Assembly (NCBI GenBank): GCA_964188305.1
Contig: OZ076885.1
Strand: one strand, 5' to 3'
Origin: Podarcis bocagei
Lineage: Eukaryota
Length of the DNA stretch: 64,000 nucleotides
Part shown: positions 63,694-64,000 of the stretch, in pieces
Layout of the letters: every line of letters starts with the position of its first letter
Position numbering within the stretch: position 1 is the stretch's first letter
Position numbers and translations under genes: made by a program
Notes under the pieces: model-generated
Databases searched by the model: none
Seen by the model: the letters and a program-made list of their open reading frames with translations, nothing else
What the model was told of the DNA's origin: nothing

Positions 63694-64000
63694 GTGAGTT
63701 GTATTGTGGGAATGGTCTGTGGGTGCATGTTGCCTCCTGCCTTAAATACACCCAGACTCACAGCTTTATCTTGGAATAGTGCTAATGTTTGGAAATGAAC
63801 TGTCCCACTTTCAGACGCAGATCTTCAGTAGCAGAGCAACAAAAGCTCCCATAGAATTGATTACTCTAATGCACCTCCCTTGCATGGAGGACTCTGAAAG
63901 ATGCTGCAAATCATGAAGCTGCAGATCTAATTGTGGCTCTTCCGCTGCTTCCCTCTTAAGTCTTGGGCAAGCTTCATGGCACTTCTGCCTATGTGTATGC

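Overview
Vertebrate genomic DNA from a squamate reptile, probably a lacertid lizard (inferred from the Sauria-type SINE and the L2/CR1/RTE and Tc1-mariner/hAT MITE content). Four spliced protein-coding genes can be built by hand from GT-AG boundaries and phase-consistent reading frames. (1) ABCB6, + strand, 16 exons at 2578-17582; the 5' exons lie outside the window, and the acidic C-tail is extended by a repeat. (2) An unnamed 7-exon gene, - strand, 31207-19501, 544 aa. It encodes a signal peptide, a Cys-rich N-terminal half and a C-terminal legumain/GPI8 (peptidase C13, clan CD)-like domain in which both catalytic residues appear replaced (His to Pro, Cys to Ser). This candidate secreted pseudo-peptidase sits where human has no gene, between ABCB6 and ZFAND2B, and is the most interesting item in the window. 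(3) ZFAND2B/AIRAPL, - strand, 48516-37599, 274 aa, ending in CaaX. (4) TTLL4, + strand, CDS from 57179 and running off the window. ZFAND2B and TTLL4 share a CpG-island bidirectional promoter with ZNF143, CRE, ETS, GC-box and RFX X-box motifs. An inverted pair of the same MITE brackets ZFAND2B exons 3-8. All gene models are manual; homology statements come from recalled family motifs, not from searches.
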